64,000 nt of DNA, taken from assembly GCA_025558095.1 (NCBI GenBank), contig JAIVFI010000012.1:248001-312000 (forward strand), in the 5' to 3' direction. The position numbers were made by a program, and so were the translations under genes. Positions within the stretch are counted from its first letter, which is position 1; each line of letters starts with the position of its first letter. The notes under the pieces were generated by a model that made no database searches, had not been told where the DNA came from, and worked only from the letters and a program-made list of their open reading frames with translations. The DNA comes from Hyaloraphidium curvatum SAG 235-1. Its lineage: Eukaryota; Fungi; Monoblepharomycota. Positions 42,530 to 54,712 of the stretch are shown here, one piece after another.

Positions 42530-44049
42530 ATGGCCAAGGAACTGCCCGTCACCGTCCTGCACCTGGAGAAAGGTTCGCGTCCTCTCCGGCCTTCCCCGGC
42601 GCCGCGTCTGACCTGTCTCCCACACCCGCCAAAGGCTTCGAGAAGGTCAAGGACACGTTCCTGAAGAACTTCGAGGACGACGGCGAGCTCGGCGCCGGTC
42701 TGTGCATCTACGTCGAGGGCAAGGTGGGCATCTTGTCGCCCGGTACGGACATACGCTCACCTCCTCTCCCTGGACCGCCGACAGCCGGTCGTGGAGATGT
42801 ACGCCGGCTGGGCCGACGAGGCCAAAACCAAGCCGTACACCAAGGATAACCTCACGATCATTCATTCTTCGGGGAAGGCGATCATGTCCATGACCATCGC
42901 CCACCTGGTCGGCAAGGGCCTTCTCTCCTATTCCGACAAGGTCTCCAAAGTCTGGCCCGAGTTCGCCGCGGGCGGCAAGGGCGACGTCACCCTCGGCGAG
43001 CTGTGCGCGCACTCGGGCGGCGTGTCGTGGGTCGACGAGGAGTACCTGCCGACGATCGAGGAGGCGCAGATGGGCAACGAGGACGCGCTGGAGGCGAAGA
43101 TCGCGGGGCAGCCGCACAACCACGGGGGGGAGCTGACGAAGAGCTATCATGCGATCTCGAGGGGGTGGTACCGTGGGTTGCTCCGCACGGCGCGGTGCGG
43201 ATTGGGGCTGATCCCGGTCCGTGACAGTCAACGCTCTCATCCGTCGCGTGCACCCCGAGAAGAAGACGCACGGGGCGATCTTCCGCGACGTAATCAACAA
43301 GCAGCTCGGCGTGGAGGTGTACTGCGGGCTCCCTAAGGAGCTGCACTCGCGCGTGTCGACGGTGCACGAGGAGCCCATGCTCCAGGCGCAGATGGACGTC
43401 ATGCTGGGGGAAACCTCGCTGCCCATCTACAAGTCGCTCATGACGATACCCAAGGGCGCCAAGAAGCAGTCCGTGGACTCGGCGCTCTCCTCCAACGACC
43501 CCAAGATGTGGACCACCGAGACGTCGGCGGCCTACACCTTCACCAACGCGAGCTCGCTCGGCCGGCTCGCGGCGCTCATGTCCATGGGCGGCTCCCTGGA
43601 CGGGTTCGAGTACATCGCCCCCAAGGCGTGGGAGGAGTCGGTCGCGCTGCACGAGGGGGTCAAGGACCTCGTTGACCTGTGCCTGGGCACCCCGGTCCCG
43701 TACACAAACGGAGGCTGGGCAATCTCGCTGCCCATCGCTTCGGTTCCCCAAGTTCTGTTCGACGCCACTGTGCAGCCTCCCAAGCCGTTGTACACCCCTG
43801 GTATGGGTCCCAAGCCCGGCGTCTCGTGGACCGGATGGTGGGTTCCCCGCCCTCCATTTGCCTGCCATCCTGGTTCTCACCCCTGCCCGATCCAGGTTCG
43901 GATACGGCGGCTCGACGCTGCAGTGGGACGCCGGGCGCAAGGTCGGCGTGGGATACCTTCCTAACAAGCTCCGCGCCGGCGTGCTCGGGGACATGCGGTC
44001 CGCGCTCATCTACGAGGCCCTCAACGAGGCGCTGGAGGCGAAGAAGTGA
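42530..44049 (+). CDS. Beta-lactamase-fold serine hydrolase (EstB-like esterase), multi-exon
   Basis: FLKNFEDDGELGAGLCIY, SSGK (SxxK), WPEFAAGGK, HSGG, YHAIS and GYGGS. Confidence 0.88.
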
Positions 44050-44290
44050 GCACTGCTGGGGAAGGACACGACGGATTGGATTCTGGGCATCGTTGGTTTT
44101 GGATGCGGCGCGGAGCCAGCCTGAAGAGGTTGCTGTTGCGTTATCTTAATGGATTATTCGATTGCATCAACACGTTCGCTGAGTCGTCCTTGGACAGAGC
44201 GGCTCTGTGCACGATTGATGAGTCCCATAAGCTATGTTCGGCCAGCGCATCGCTAAGTATATCGCACTCTCCTCCAACATATGAGCCGCT

Positions 44291-45561
44291 TCAAGGCCTC
44301 GAGCAACCCGACTTGGCCGTCAGCGCCGCCGGGCAGACCACCTGCTGGTACCTCACGTTCGGGTTGTCCGCCCCCATGAACCAGCCGAACCTCCAATGGC
44401 ATCCCGGCTGCAGCACGCTGGGCAGCACCGAGCACTGCGAGTCGGACGACACCCCGCCGTACCGTGCGCCCCAGGTGTTTGCGTCCACGCCGAACTGCGC
44501 CGAGCAGCCGTCGAAGATGCCGAGGCCGCCGCCGGGCATCATGAGGTCGAACTGCCCGCTGCCGACGTCGCCGCCGGAGTTGGTGATCTGCACGACGAGG
44601 GTCTTGCCGACGACGGGGCCGCTCGTGAACTGGGAAGCGGAGGTGTGAGCGACGATCTTTGCGGACAACAAGGTTCATCTCACCGAAAGAGCAAAGCATG
44701 CGCAGCATCCCTGGTTCAAGGGAAACGATGCGGCGGCGAATCCGTACGCCAACGTGTCCGAAACCGCCCACGGCTGCTGATCGATGCAGGTGTACGACTT
44801 GCCATCCTCCGGCCCGACCGAGCCCCCGCCGCCGCAAGCATTGACGACGTTCTGGTCGCTCAGGGTGAAGCCGGACTTGGTGCACGAGCGGGAGCCGATC
44901 CCGAGGCCGGTGTTCCCGGGCCAGGCGCAGCTGGGCTTGCAGCAGTCCCAGTAGCGGGTCGTCCAGCCGTTGCCCGAGAATCCGCCCGGAACCGGGGTCA
45001 GGCCGGCGGGAGGAGGAGGAGTCGGCGGCGGGGCAGGGGCCTTGGTTGTCGTGGTCCTGGTCCTGGTTCGGGTGGTCGTAGGGCTGCGGACGGTGCCCGG
45101 CTTTGTCGTGGTGCGGCCCCTGGTGGTAGTAGAGGTCTTCTTCGCCGCCGTCGCCGAAGTCGTGGTCTTCACGGGGTTCGTCGTAGGCAGGCATTGCGAG
45201 TAGTAGTCATTCGAGACGACGCAGGTGCTTCCGTCCGCGCAGCAGGTCGGGCCCGTCCACCCGGTTCCGCCGCATTGCCCCCAGACCGATGAGCAGCCGG
45301 TCGTCGCGCCCGGAGAAGACGACTGCAGGCACTGGAGGAAGCGGTTAGCAATCACGGACTCCGAGCCTGCAGAGCTGCGGTCACCTGGCTGTAGTACGCG
45401 TTTTGAACCTTGCATGCCCACCCCGACGGGCAGCACGTCGGGCCGGTGAAACCGATGCCTCCGCATTGTCCCCACTGCGCGGCACATTGCGCGCCCACAT
45501 TAGCGGCAAGGGACAGCCACAGGGCAGCCGCGAACAGCACGGACGCAGCGAGAGGAGCCAT
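44291..45561 (-). CDS. GH45 endoglucanase with two N-terminal CBM1 modules, 3 exons
   Basis: Signal peptide; two WGQCGG..GPTCC..YYSQC modules; T/P linker; [29 protein letters not shown]. Confidence 0.95.
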
Positions 45562-46427
45562 GTCGTGTCGAGGGCCTGCCGCACGGGCTGTGTACGTCGC
45601 GAGAGTCGCAGAAGAGCTCGAGGAACCGAAGACTTCCCAGAGTGGGGGTCTGGCACCTCGAGCACATCGAGACGGAGGTATTTAAGCCCCCGTCGGGCGG
45701 GATTTGGCCTCGTGGCGTCGCGAGAGTTTGCCCCTGCACCGCCACGGGGACGCACTGCCCCGGACCCGTCGATGCCCCGAACGACGACCACCAACTCCGC
45801 CCGGCCTCAGCGGGCTCAGCGAAAGCACAGCCTCCGAGCATGCCGAGCGTGCAGCATGGTGCCCAGCACGATTCGCCCCTCGGTTTGCAGCCGACTGTGT
45901 GCGAGGTGCGACTTTGACAACGGTGAGCCCGGCACAGTTATCTCCTGGGGAAGATGACATATTGCTCGTTCCTCCATCCCGCCGATACTCCCTATCCTTC
46001 GTTTGGATCGGTGGATTCTGATTCAGGTGTGGATCGACGCTTCAGGGGAACGACCGGGTATACTAGGGGTGGCATCGGATACCCCAAGAAAGACCCGGCC
46101 ACGTGCTCGGCGGTATACTGTGGTCGACAAGGCACACAACGCGCTCGTGGGGACGAAGAGCCCGCGTGATAGGTGCTCAACCATAGCCGCTGTTGCCGAC
46201 ATTCAAAACTGTCCCCAAGTGCCGCAATCCATCCATGTGCAGATCGGGGTCGTGTTGGCTTTTCTAGTACATTTGTAACTCAACGATTTCGGCCGATCGC
46301 GGTGTGAGCTGGGCGGCGCCTTTGGCGGATAGGCGGTTAGGCGGGAGTACGGGCTTTGCGATTTGCCGCACCCGCCTGCCTTTGCGTTCTCTGTGTCTCC
46401 CCATCCCTCTCGGTCCCCAAGCGAGCG

Positions 46428-48734
46428 ATGGCGCTCCCGATAATCGGCGCTGCCGCCGGCGGTGTGCTTGCGGCGGGCCTTCTGGACCGCCGGATGTCGC
46501 TGTCGCACGACATTAGGACCATCAAGGTCCTGCTCGGCATGATGAAGGAGCTCGCGGCCCGCGCTGAGCAGAACAAGAGCTCCGTCGTCGAGCTGTTCCT
46601 CGACGCCGCCGACGAACAGCCCGACAAGGAGTGCTTCGTCTGGTCTTCGGGCGGGAGGGCAAAGTCGTCGTGGACATTCCGTGAGATGGACGAACGTGGG
46701 TGGCCTTCCCGGAACGAATCGTGGCCGCTGGTGACCCGCTGCCCGGCGGTACAGTCACGAACAAGCTCTCTCGCTGGCTCGCCGAGGAACACGGCGTGGG
46801 CAAGGAAACCGTTGTCGCCCTGCTCTTCGAAAACTCCCCGGAGATCTACTTCCTTGAGATTGCCCTCCTCAAGCTCGGAGCCGTCCCGTGCTACATCAAC
46901 GCCAACCTGCGCTCCACCAGCTTGATCCACTGTGCCAACATCTCCGGGGCCAACCTCTTCATCGTCGAGGGACCGCTGAGCCGCGAGGCCGCCGTGCCGA
47001 TCCTCAATGACCTGCGGCCCGGCATGAAGGTGTATGCTTGGGGCAGTGACACTGGCGACTCGAGGATCAACGTCCTGGGCGAGCACACGTTTGCGCACTT
47101 GGACGGAAAGACGCGCCTGGGGGCCGAGGCGAGGAAGACCGTCACCATGAAAGACCCCGCCGCGATCATCTACACGGTGAGAACCTTGCGGCAACGACAC
47201 TATATCCTGCTCATAGTTGCTCCTTAGTCGGGAACAACTGGTCTTCCCAAGGCTGCTGTTGTATCTCATCAGGCGAGGAAATGGTTCGTCGACGCACGAG
47301 CATCCGTCTGACCTGGCGTCCTTTGGCAGAAAATCGCGGGCTCCGCAACGGCTACGAGGTTCGAGTACAGCCCCGCGGATCGGTACTACCAATGCCTTCC
47401 GCTTTTCCATTCCTCGGGACAGATCGGCGTCACGATCGCGTGGTAGGTGTCGTCGTTGCCTTGGCAAACGAGCAGACGGGCTAAGACAAAGAACAGGTAC
47501 CACAAGACCACCCTCATCGTCTCGCGCAAGTTCTCGGCGTCCAAATTCTTCGTCGAGTGCGCCGCTACCAACGCGACCTGCTTCCAGTATATTGGCGAGC
47601 TGTGCCGCTACCTGCTCACCCCGCCGCCGAACCCCGCGGTCGACCGCGGCCACAAGGCCACAAAGGCCCTCGGAAACGGGCTGAGGCCCGACGTCTGGCT
47701 GGAGTTCAGGAATCGCTTCGGGATCGAAACCATCATCGAATTCTACGGAGCCACGGACACGAACGCCTCTCTCATCAATGTCTCCAAGGACGATAGCGGT
47801 GTCGGTGTCGTTGGTATTCAAGGCCCACTGATGCGACGCTTGCTCGGAAGCCCAGTCATTGTCAAATTCGATGTGGAGACGGAGATGCCGGTTCGCGGGA
47901 AGAATGGCTTCTGCATCGAGGCAGACTACGGTGAACCTGGCGAGATGCTCGGCCGCGTGGTGAGCTCTGCCTTCCTCGGCTCTTTCAGGCACTGCCTGAT
48001 CTTCTCTCGCAGCCCGACTACACGCCCGACGCCAAGGTCTTCCCCGGCTACTTCGAAGGGTACCACGGCGACGAGAAGGCGAACCAGAAAAAGCTCCTTC
48101 GCGACGTGTTCGTCAAGGGCGATCTGTGGGTCCGCACGGGCGATCTCCTCAAGCGGGAGAGGAACGGGTGAGCCGAGCTGCTTGCGCTTCCCTCCACGGA
48201 GGCTGACAGTGCCCATCGCAGAGTTGTTCGGTTTGTCGACCGCATCGGAGACACCTTTCGTTGGAAGGGGTAAGTGGCGCGTTGCTAGAGCAGCCCGAGT
48301 GTTTTCGATGGTCTCGTCTTCACAGGGAGAACGTGGCTACTACCGAGGTTGCGAACGTGGTCGGCGAGCACCCTGCCGTCGCGGAGGCCAATGTCTACGG
48401 CGTCAAGGTCGCGAACCAGGACGGACGGGCCGGAATGGCTGCGATCGTGCTGGAACCCTCGTTCCAGGACAAGCTGGCTGAAACAATGGAGGACATCGGC
48501 AAGTGGACGGCTGAGCGGCTGCCAGCCTACGCGGTGCCCAAGTTCGTCAGGATCACCAAGGAGATGGAGATCACTGCGACCCTCAAGAGTCGCAAAGTCG
48601 AATACCAGAAGGCCGGCTTCGACCCAGCCCAGGTGAATGAGCCCATGTACTTCTTCGACTCCGACAAGGGGACGTACGCTCCATTTGGGGAGAAGGAATA
48701 CCGGAAGGTGATGGCGGGGCAAGCCAGGCTCTGA
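46428..48734 (+). CDS. FAT1: Fatty-acid transport protein / very-long-chain acyl-CoA synthetase (SLC27/FAT1), multi-exon
   Basis: IIYT|SGTTGLPKAA, FQYIGELCRYL, GNGLRPDVW, EFYGAT, DRIGDTFRWK|GENVATTEV; ends in ARL. Confidence 0.93.
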
Positions 48735-48783
48735 GTCCTCGTATAGTTTGTACTATACGATAGCTACCGCGCTCCAATTGGTA

Positions 48784-49569
48784 TTACGATCCCTCTTCCA
48801 GCAGCTTCAGTTGTCGCTCCAAGGCCGCTATCTTCGACTCCGTGCTGGCGTTGGCCAGCTTCGCGTTCGTCTTCAGCTGGACCCTCGGCGGCTCGCGTTC
48901 CCCGGTCCCGCGGAGCGCGCCCCGCCCACGGCCACGGTCCCCAGATCCACCGTAGCCCCTCGGGTTCAAGCCTCTGTAGGAACCGCCGCCGGAACCCGAG
49001 GAAGTGTAGGAGCTGAACCGGGGCTCCTTCCTAGGGCCATCGCCGCGGCCCAGGGCCGATCTGGGACCGTAAGGCGCCGCCCCTATCGATGTCCGAGAAT
49101 TGAAACCGGCAGACAGTGGAATATTGATCTCCGAGACGTCGCCCGAGTCCGCAGTCGCCGAGGGATCAATCGAAAACGACACCACCAACGGCCGGTTGTG
49201 GTGCGGCTTGGTCTGCCCTTTGCCCTGCTTCGGCGGCGGCACGGCGAGCTTCTTGCCGTTCAGCTTGGCAATGGCGTGGACTGCAGACTCGCTGTCCGCG
49301 AATTCCACAAAGGCGTAGCCCTTCGGAAGGCCCACGAGAGGTCCGCTCCGGTGGAAGATGTACTCGAGCTGCGTGATCTTCCCGAACGGCTCGAACAGCT
49401 TCACGAGGGCGTACTCCGAAAGAGTCTGGGGCAGGTTGCCCACAAACAGGCGGTTCGCGTTGGTCCTTGGGCCGGGAGGAGGGCTTCCTCTCCGCGCAGC
49501 AGGCGTGTCCGTCGTCCCCGAACCGGTCCGAGGCGAGTCCTCGGCAACGGCAGGTCCTTCGTCTGCCAT
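48784..49569 (-). CDS. RBM18: RRM RNA-binding protein, RBM18-like
   Basis: RNP2 LFVGNL, FHRSGP..G.PKGYAFVEF (RNP1) and C-terminal KIAALERQLKLLE. Confidence 0.85.
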   Translation of the reverse strand: MADEGPAVAEDSPRTGSGTTDTPAARRGSPPPGPRTNANRLFVGNLPQTLSEYALVKLFEPFGKITQLEYIFHRSGPLVGLPKGYAFVEFADSESAVHAIAKLNGKKLAVPPPKQGKGQTKPHHNRPLVVSFSIDPSATADSGDVSEINIPLSAGFNSRTSIGAAPYGPRSALGRGDGPRKEPRFSSYTSSGSGGGSYRGLNPRGYGGSGDRGRGRGALRGTGEREPPRVQLKTNAKLANASTESKIAALERQLKLLEEGS

Positions 49570-49806
49570 TTCCGCAAACGACAGCGGGAGCGGCCCTTCC
49601 CTGGCCTCGCGAGGACTCGCCCACGAGTCGTGCAGTGTTTGGCGTTTCGTTAGCGCTTTTTCTATCGGCGGCTGCGCGTTCCCGATCGGACTCCGCCCGC
49701 CAATCGACGTGGGAGAAGCTCGCGGAATCGCCCACGACTGGGCTCATTGCGGGCAGTGAACCGCCGCAGACACAGTCATCTGCCCGAGCCGCCCTCCGAA
49801 AACGAG

Positions 49807-51791
49807 ATGGTGTTCAAATCCCGCTTCCCGGCGGTCCAGATTCCGGACCTGCCTATTCCCAACTTTGTCTTCGACGAGAACCCGATCATGGGGTACAATG
49901 ACGTTCCCTCCTTCGTGGACGGCATCTCTGGGCGGGCGATCACGTTCGGACAGCAGAAGAGCTACGTGGAGCAGCTCGGCTCGACCCTGGCGAACCCCTC
50001 CGCCGCCGGTTTCAAGCTCCAGCCCGTGAAGGAGGGCGTCGTCGTCGGCATCGTGTCGCCCAACCACGTTCTCTACCCGACGGCGCTCTGGGGCATCCTC
50101 AGGGCGGGAGGCACTGCGACCACGGCCAACGCGGCCTACACGGTGGACGAGCTGATCCACCAGCTCTCCGACTCGGGGGCCAAGCTGCTCATCACCCACC
50201 CGCAAGTCATCGGGGTCGCGCTCGAGGCCGCAAAGAAAGTCGGGATCCCGGAGAGCTCGGTCATGGTGTTTGAGCACGACGAGGCGACCAAGAAGGCCGG
50301 TTATCCGACCGTCGACGACCTGATTTCGGCCGGAGCCAAGCTGGCCCCCCTGCCCAAGCTCTCCTTCAAGCCCGGCGAAGCCGCGAAGCGCGTGGCCTTC
50401 CTCTGCTACTCTTCTGGCACTACGGGCCGCGCGAAGGGCGTGATGATCTCTCACAAGGTACGGCGAGTTTCTTTGCTCCGTCGTCCCCTGATGTTAACCA
50501 ACTCCTTTCCCAGAACGTGGTCTCGAACGTGTGCCAATTCCGTGGTTTCGATGGTGACAGCCTCCAGCCCGGTATCGACAAGCTGATGGGAGTGCTCCCG
50601 ATGTGAGTTCCGCCTTTTGCCGCTTCGAACCATACTGACAGAGGGCTCCGGTAGGTACCACATCTACGCCTTGATTCTTCTCGTGCACATCGCGACGGTG
50701 TGTTGCCTTCGGACTTTGGCAGTCGTTTGGGCTAACGGGCGCCGCAGTTCTCCAAGGTCACGACGGTCGTGCTGCCCCGGTTCGAGCCGCAGCTCTTCCT
50801 CGACACCATCGAGAAGTACAAGATCACCATCATGCACCTCGTTCCCCCCATCATCGTGGCCCTCGCCAAGATGCCCCTCGTGGAGAACTACACCCTCGCC
50901 TCGGTCAGGGACATCTTCTCCGGCGCCGCGCCCCTCGGCAAGGAAGTCAGCGACGAGCTCGTCGAGCGGCTGATGAAGCTGAGGAAGAAAGTCGGCAGCA
51001 CCGAGCACGTCGTCCTCCGGCAGGGCTGGGGCATGACCGAGACCTCGACCGTCGTCACAGCGAACCCGCTCCAGGGCGGCAAGCCGGGCTCGGTGGGCCT
51101 GCTCCTGCCCAACCTCGAAGCCCGCGTCGTGGACCCCGACACGGGCAAGGACTGCGCCGTGGGCCAGGAGGGCGAGATCTGGGTTCGCGGGCCGAACGTC
51201 GTGATTGGTGGGTTGCCGCGGCCGTCACGCGTGTTTCGGGCCTGATGGCGACACTTTTTCCTAGGATATCTCAACAACGAGAAGGCCAATGCCGAGACCT
51301 TCGACAACGAGGGCTACATCCATACCGGCGACGTCGTGACAGTTGACGAGGACGGCTACTTCACGATCCGCGACCGGATCAAGGAGCTTATCAAGGGTAG
51401 GTTGCCGATCGCGGTCCCCACGTTGTCCCGACGTTGCTGACCATTACGACGCCTTTCAGTCAAGGGCCTGCAGGTCGCTCCCGCAGAGCTCGAGGCCCTG
51501 CTTCTCACGCACCCCCTCGTCGCCGACTCGGCCGTCATCCCCGTGCCCGACGAGCGCGCCGGCGAGCTTCCCAAGGCCTTCTGCGTGCTCAAGACGCCCG
51601 CCAAGGACGCGACCGAGAGGGCCAAGGTCGCCGCCGACATCGCCAAGTTCATCGAGGGCAAGGTCGCCCGGCACAAGTGGCTCGCCGGCGGCATCGACTT
51701 TGTGGACGTGATCCCCAAGAGTCCGTCCGGCAAGATCCTGCGCCGGTTGCTGCGCGACGCCGAGAGGGAGAAGCTCAAGGCCAAGCTCTGA
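49807..51791 (+). CDS. 4-coumarate-CoA-ligase-like acyl-CoA synthetase with PTS1, multi-exon
   Basis: [43 protein letters not shown]; C-terminal AKL. Confidence 0.93.
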
Positions 51792-52082
51792 GTGCTCGCG
51801 ATCGGCGCCGTGCTATCTGCGCGAGCTTCGGGGCTCGCGATCAGTTCCGTTGTTCGATTTCGACCCTGGGCCCCCGGAGGTGTATTGTACGACATAAGAG
51901 AGTCGCTTGCTATTGATCGGAAGCAGTTCCGAGGCCCTGAGGCCATGGAATCGCCATTGTTGATCCCCCAGGCTGCACTCAGTGGCGAAAGGGACCCGCG
52001 CGAGACGTTTTCTCTTCCAAACCCCGTCTCCCTCTTTCCCGCCGCCAATTCCGCCGGTCGGCCCGCTGCAACCCCTGCAGCG

Positions 52083-53094
52083 ATGATGGCTGTTCCGCGG
52101 CTCGCCCAGGCGCCGGCTGACGAGGGCGTCGCAGCGGACGCGGCCGCCCTGGCGGACACGCGGCCTCCCCTGGCCGCGGTGGTTGGAGTCGAGCTCGGCG
52201 CGGCGATAACGGCCTCCGCCGCCATGTCGCCCGTGGTCTACGTGATCGACAAGGCCGTGGTGTCGAACGCTTCGGGCCGCATGAAGCTGCTCGAGTGCCT
52301 GCGGACGGAGATAGCGCAGCTCCTGACGCGGCCGGGCATCTTCTTCCGGAGCCACGGGTTCCGCTGGATCTGGACCGTCTAGTGAGCATTCCCGGGCCCT
52401 CCGGGCCGGCGATCGTGCGCAGGGCGGGCGTCTAACAGGATCCGCCCCGCGGCGCGCAGCGCGGGCACCTACTCGGCCGCCAACGTCGCGCGGGCAATGT
52501 GCGAGCGGTACGGCCGCAACTGGCAGTTCCCGACCTTCGTCGCCGGCAGCGCGGCCAACATGTCCCTGTCGATCCTCAAGGTGCGCCGAAACCGGCCCCG
52601 TTGGAAGTGCGGGCCCTCTGATCCCCTTATCGCCGCAGGACAAGACCTTTGCCCGCCTCTACGGCACCCCCGGCGCCCTCCCCGCGCGCGTGCCCGCAAT
52701 GACCTACCTCCTCTTCACCGCGCGCGACCTGGCCACCGTCGCGTGCTCCTTCAACGCCCCCCCCGTGCTGGCGGACTACATGCGCCATTCCGACGACGGC
52801 CGCATCCCCGCCATCCTGAAGCGCGACCCCGACACGAGCGCGCAGCTGCTCGTCCCGACGCTGCTGCAGTTCTTTTCCACGCCCGTGCACCTTCTCGCGC
52901 TGGACTACTACAACCGGCAGCCGGCGGCGGAGAACCCCGTGCCTTTTGCGTCGCGCGCGGGGAGGGTGGCGGCCGAGTACAGGGTGTCGACGGTGGCGAG
53001 GATGGCGAGGGTGGGGAGCTCCTTCGGGATCGGCGGGGTGCTGAACGCGAGGTTGCGGGCGTGGGGGAGGAGGGTCGGCTTGGGCATGGAGTGA
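52083..53094 (+). CDS. Conserved uncharacterised multi-pass membrane protein, 3 exons
   Basis: SPVVYVIDKAVVSNASG, Y|AGTYSAAN, K|DKTFARLYG, RDLATVACSFN, QFFSTPVHLLALDYYNR, FGIGGVLN. Confidence 0.7.
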
Positions 53095-53791
53095 TGCGGT
53101 GCGGACGGACGGGGATCGCCCGGACGCGGCCTTTTCGGACATTCGGCCGGTGCGGCGACGGGGCTCGGGGGGACTGCGACGGTTCGCTGATGGAACATGG
53201 AGCTGCTGGGTGCGTGGTTGGAGGGTCTAAGGAGCTGGGACTTGAACACTGGGGTGGCCTTGGCGGCCGGGGAAAAAGCGTGGATCCGCGCTGGCGCCGG
53301 CCTGTATGCCGGCGCCCTGCCATATTCTATTGATGTGCTGGCGTCTTGGAATGCACGGATGAGACCTTATGCTACGTGATCCTCGCAAGGTCCACATCGG
53401 CACAGAACGTGAAAGCGGCCCAAGATCGTTGCGGACGAGCCGATCCACTCGAGCGCTCACCTCTGGCGAGCAGGAGGAGCACCGCTCAAAGATTCGACCG
53501 TCGAGACAGGCACGGATGGATGACCCCAAGTCTCGGGCACTTCAGGAAGAAAGCACGTGTCAGGTTGACTCCTCCACTTTTCCTTTCCCAATTCGCGAAG
53601 GGGAGGACAGGGACGGCAGCAGCAGATCAAGGACCCGCGCTCGCGCGGCAATCTATCAACACATCGCCCATGATGACGTCTGTACATCAGATACGTAGAC
53701 CCAGCTACCTCTATAAGATCAACCACCCAGCGCAAGTCCAACGTGTCCACAAGAGTCCGTGCCCATCCGGGCTTTTGGCGCCCGGTGGGGC

Positions 53792-54712
53792 TTACTGCGC
53801 GGCCACGGCCGGGGCAGCCTGCTCGCCGACGATGAACGAGTTGACGTAGGTGGGCACGACCTTCTCGAGGTTGTACTTCTTGTACACGTCGACGGCCTGC
53901 TTCTGCAGCACCGCGGCGCGCTCCTGGACCTTGTAGTCGGTCAGGAGCTTCTGCACGCGCTCCTGGTAGGGCGCGACGTAGGGGGTGAGCTGGTCGAGGA
54001 GCTTCTGGCCGAACTGTGGGAGGGAGGGAGCGGTCATCAGCGACTGATCCGGCGGCGGGGCGGGCGGATCCGTGCGAACCTTGACGAGCTCGGCCGAGTT
54101 GTACTTGGCCAGGTCGATCTTGGGCAGCTCGAAGGCCGGCAGCTTGGGCAGCGACTCGAGGACCTTGCCGATCGAGCCGCGGATGCGCTCGACCTGCTCC
54201 TCGGGCAGCTTGATCTCGGAAAGCGAGGCGGGCAGCGAGGCGCGCAGCTTGGCAACAGCGGCCTTGAGGTTTGCCAGCTGCTCCTCGCCGGCGGCGCGCA
54301 GGCCGGCCAGCGAAGTCGGCACGGCGGGGATGTACGAGCGGCCGGCGGCGACCTTTGCCTTGACGAACTCGTCCGCCTCGGCGACCTTTGCCTTGACGTA
54401 CTCGTCGGCCTCTGCGGCCTTTGCCTTGAGGAAGTCGGGGCTGCGCCGCAGCTGCTCGGCGGCCGTGCGCACGCTCTCGGCCGTGTCGAGGAAGCGCGTC
54501 TGCACGGTGCCGGCGGCGGCGTCGGCGCTCTCGAGCAGCGACGCCGAGAACGACGACGCCTGCGCGGCGGCGCCCTCGAGCCGCTCGACCAGCTCGTGCG
54601 GCAGCCCGGCCTTGGCGCGCTCGACGACCGGCGACACCGCGGAGAGGATCGGCGCAGCGGCCTCGTACGCCTGCTTGGCGACCGTGGAGACGACGTGCTC
54701 GGAGGCGGCCAT
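53792..54712 (-). CDS. Ala-rich amphipathic-helix protein with 11-mer repeats (perilipin/apolipoprotein/LEA-like)
   Basis: KAKAAEADEYV-KAKVAEADEFV-KAKVAAGRSYI; probable in-frame 66-bp intron 54014-54079. Confidence 0.7.
   Translation of the reverse strand: MAASEHVVSTVAKQAYEAAAPILSAVSPVVERAKAGLPHELVERLEGAAAQASSFSASLLESADAAAGTVQTRFLDTAESVRTAAEQLRRSPDFLKAKAAEADEYVKAKVAEADEFVKAKVAAGRSYIPAVPTSLAGLRAAGEEQLANLKAAVAKLRASLPASLSEIKLPEEQVERIRGSIGKVLESLPKLPAFELPKIDLAKYNSAELVKVRTDPPAPPPDQSLMTAPSLPQFGQKLLDQLTPYVAPYQERVQKLLTDYKVQERAAVLQKQAVDVYKKYNLEKVVPTYVNSFIVGEQAAPAVAAQ
54348..54429. repeat. 33-bp coding tandem repeat (about 2.5 units)
   Basis: GCGACCTTTGCCTTGA or a close variant recurs at 54348, 54381 and 54414. 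Confidence 0.8.

Noticed and set aside
42530-44049. Antibiotic-resistance beta-lactamase
   Set aside because: Motifs fit the widespread EstB-like esterase branch; nothing indicates lactamase activity.
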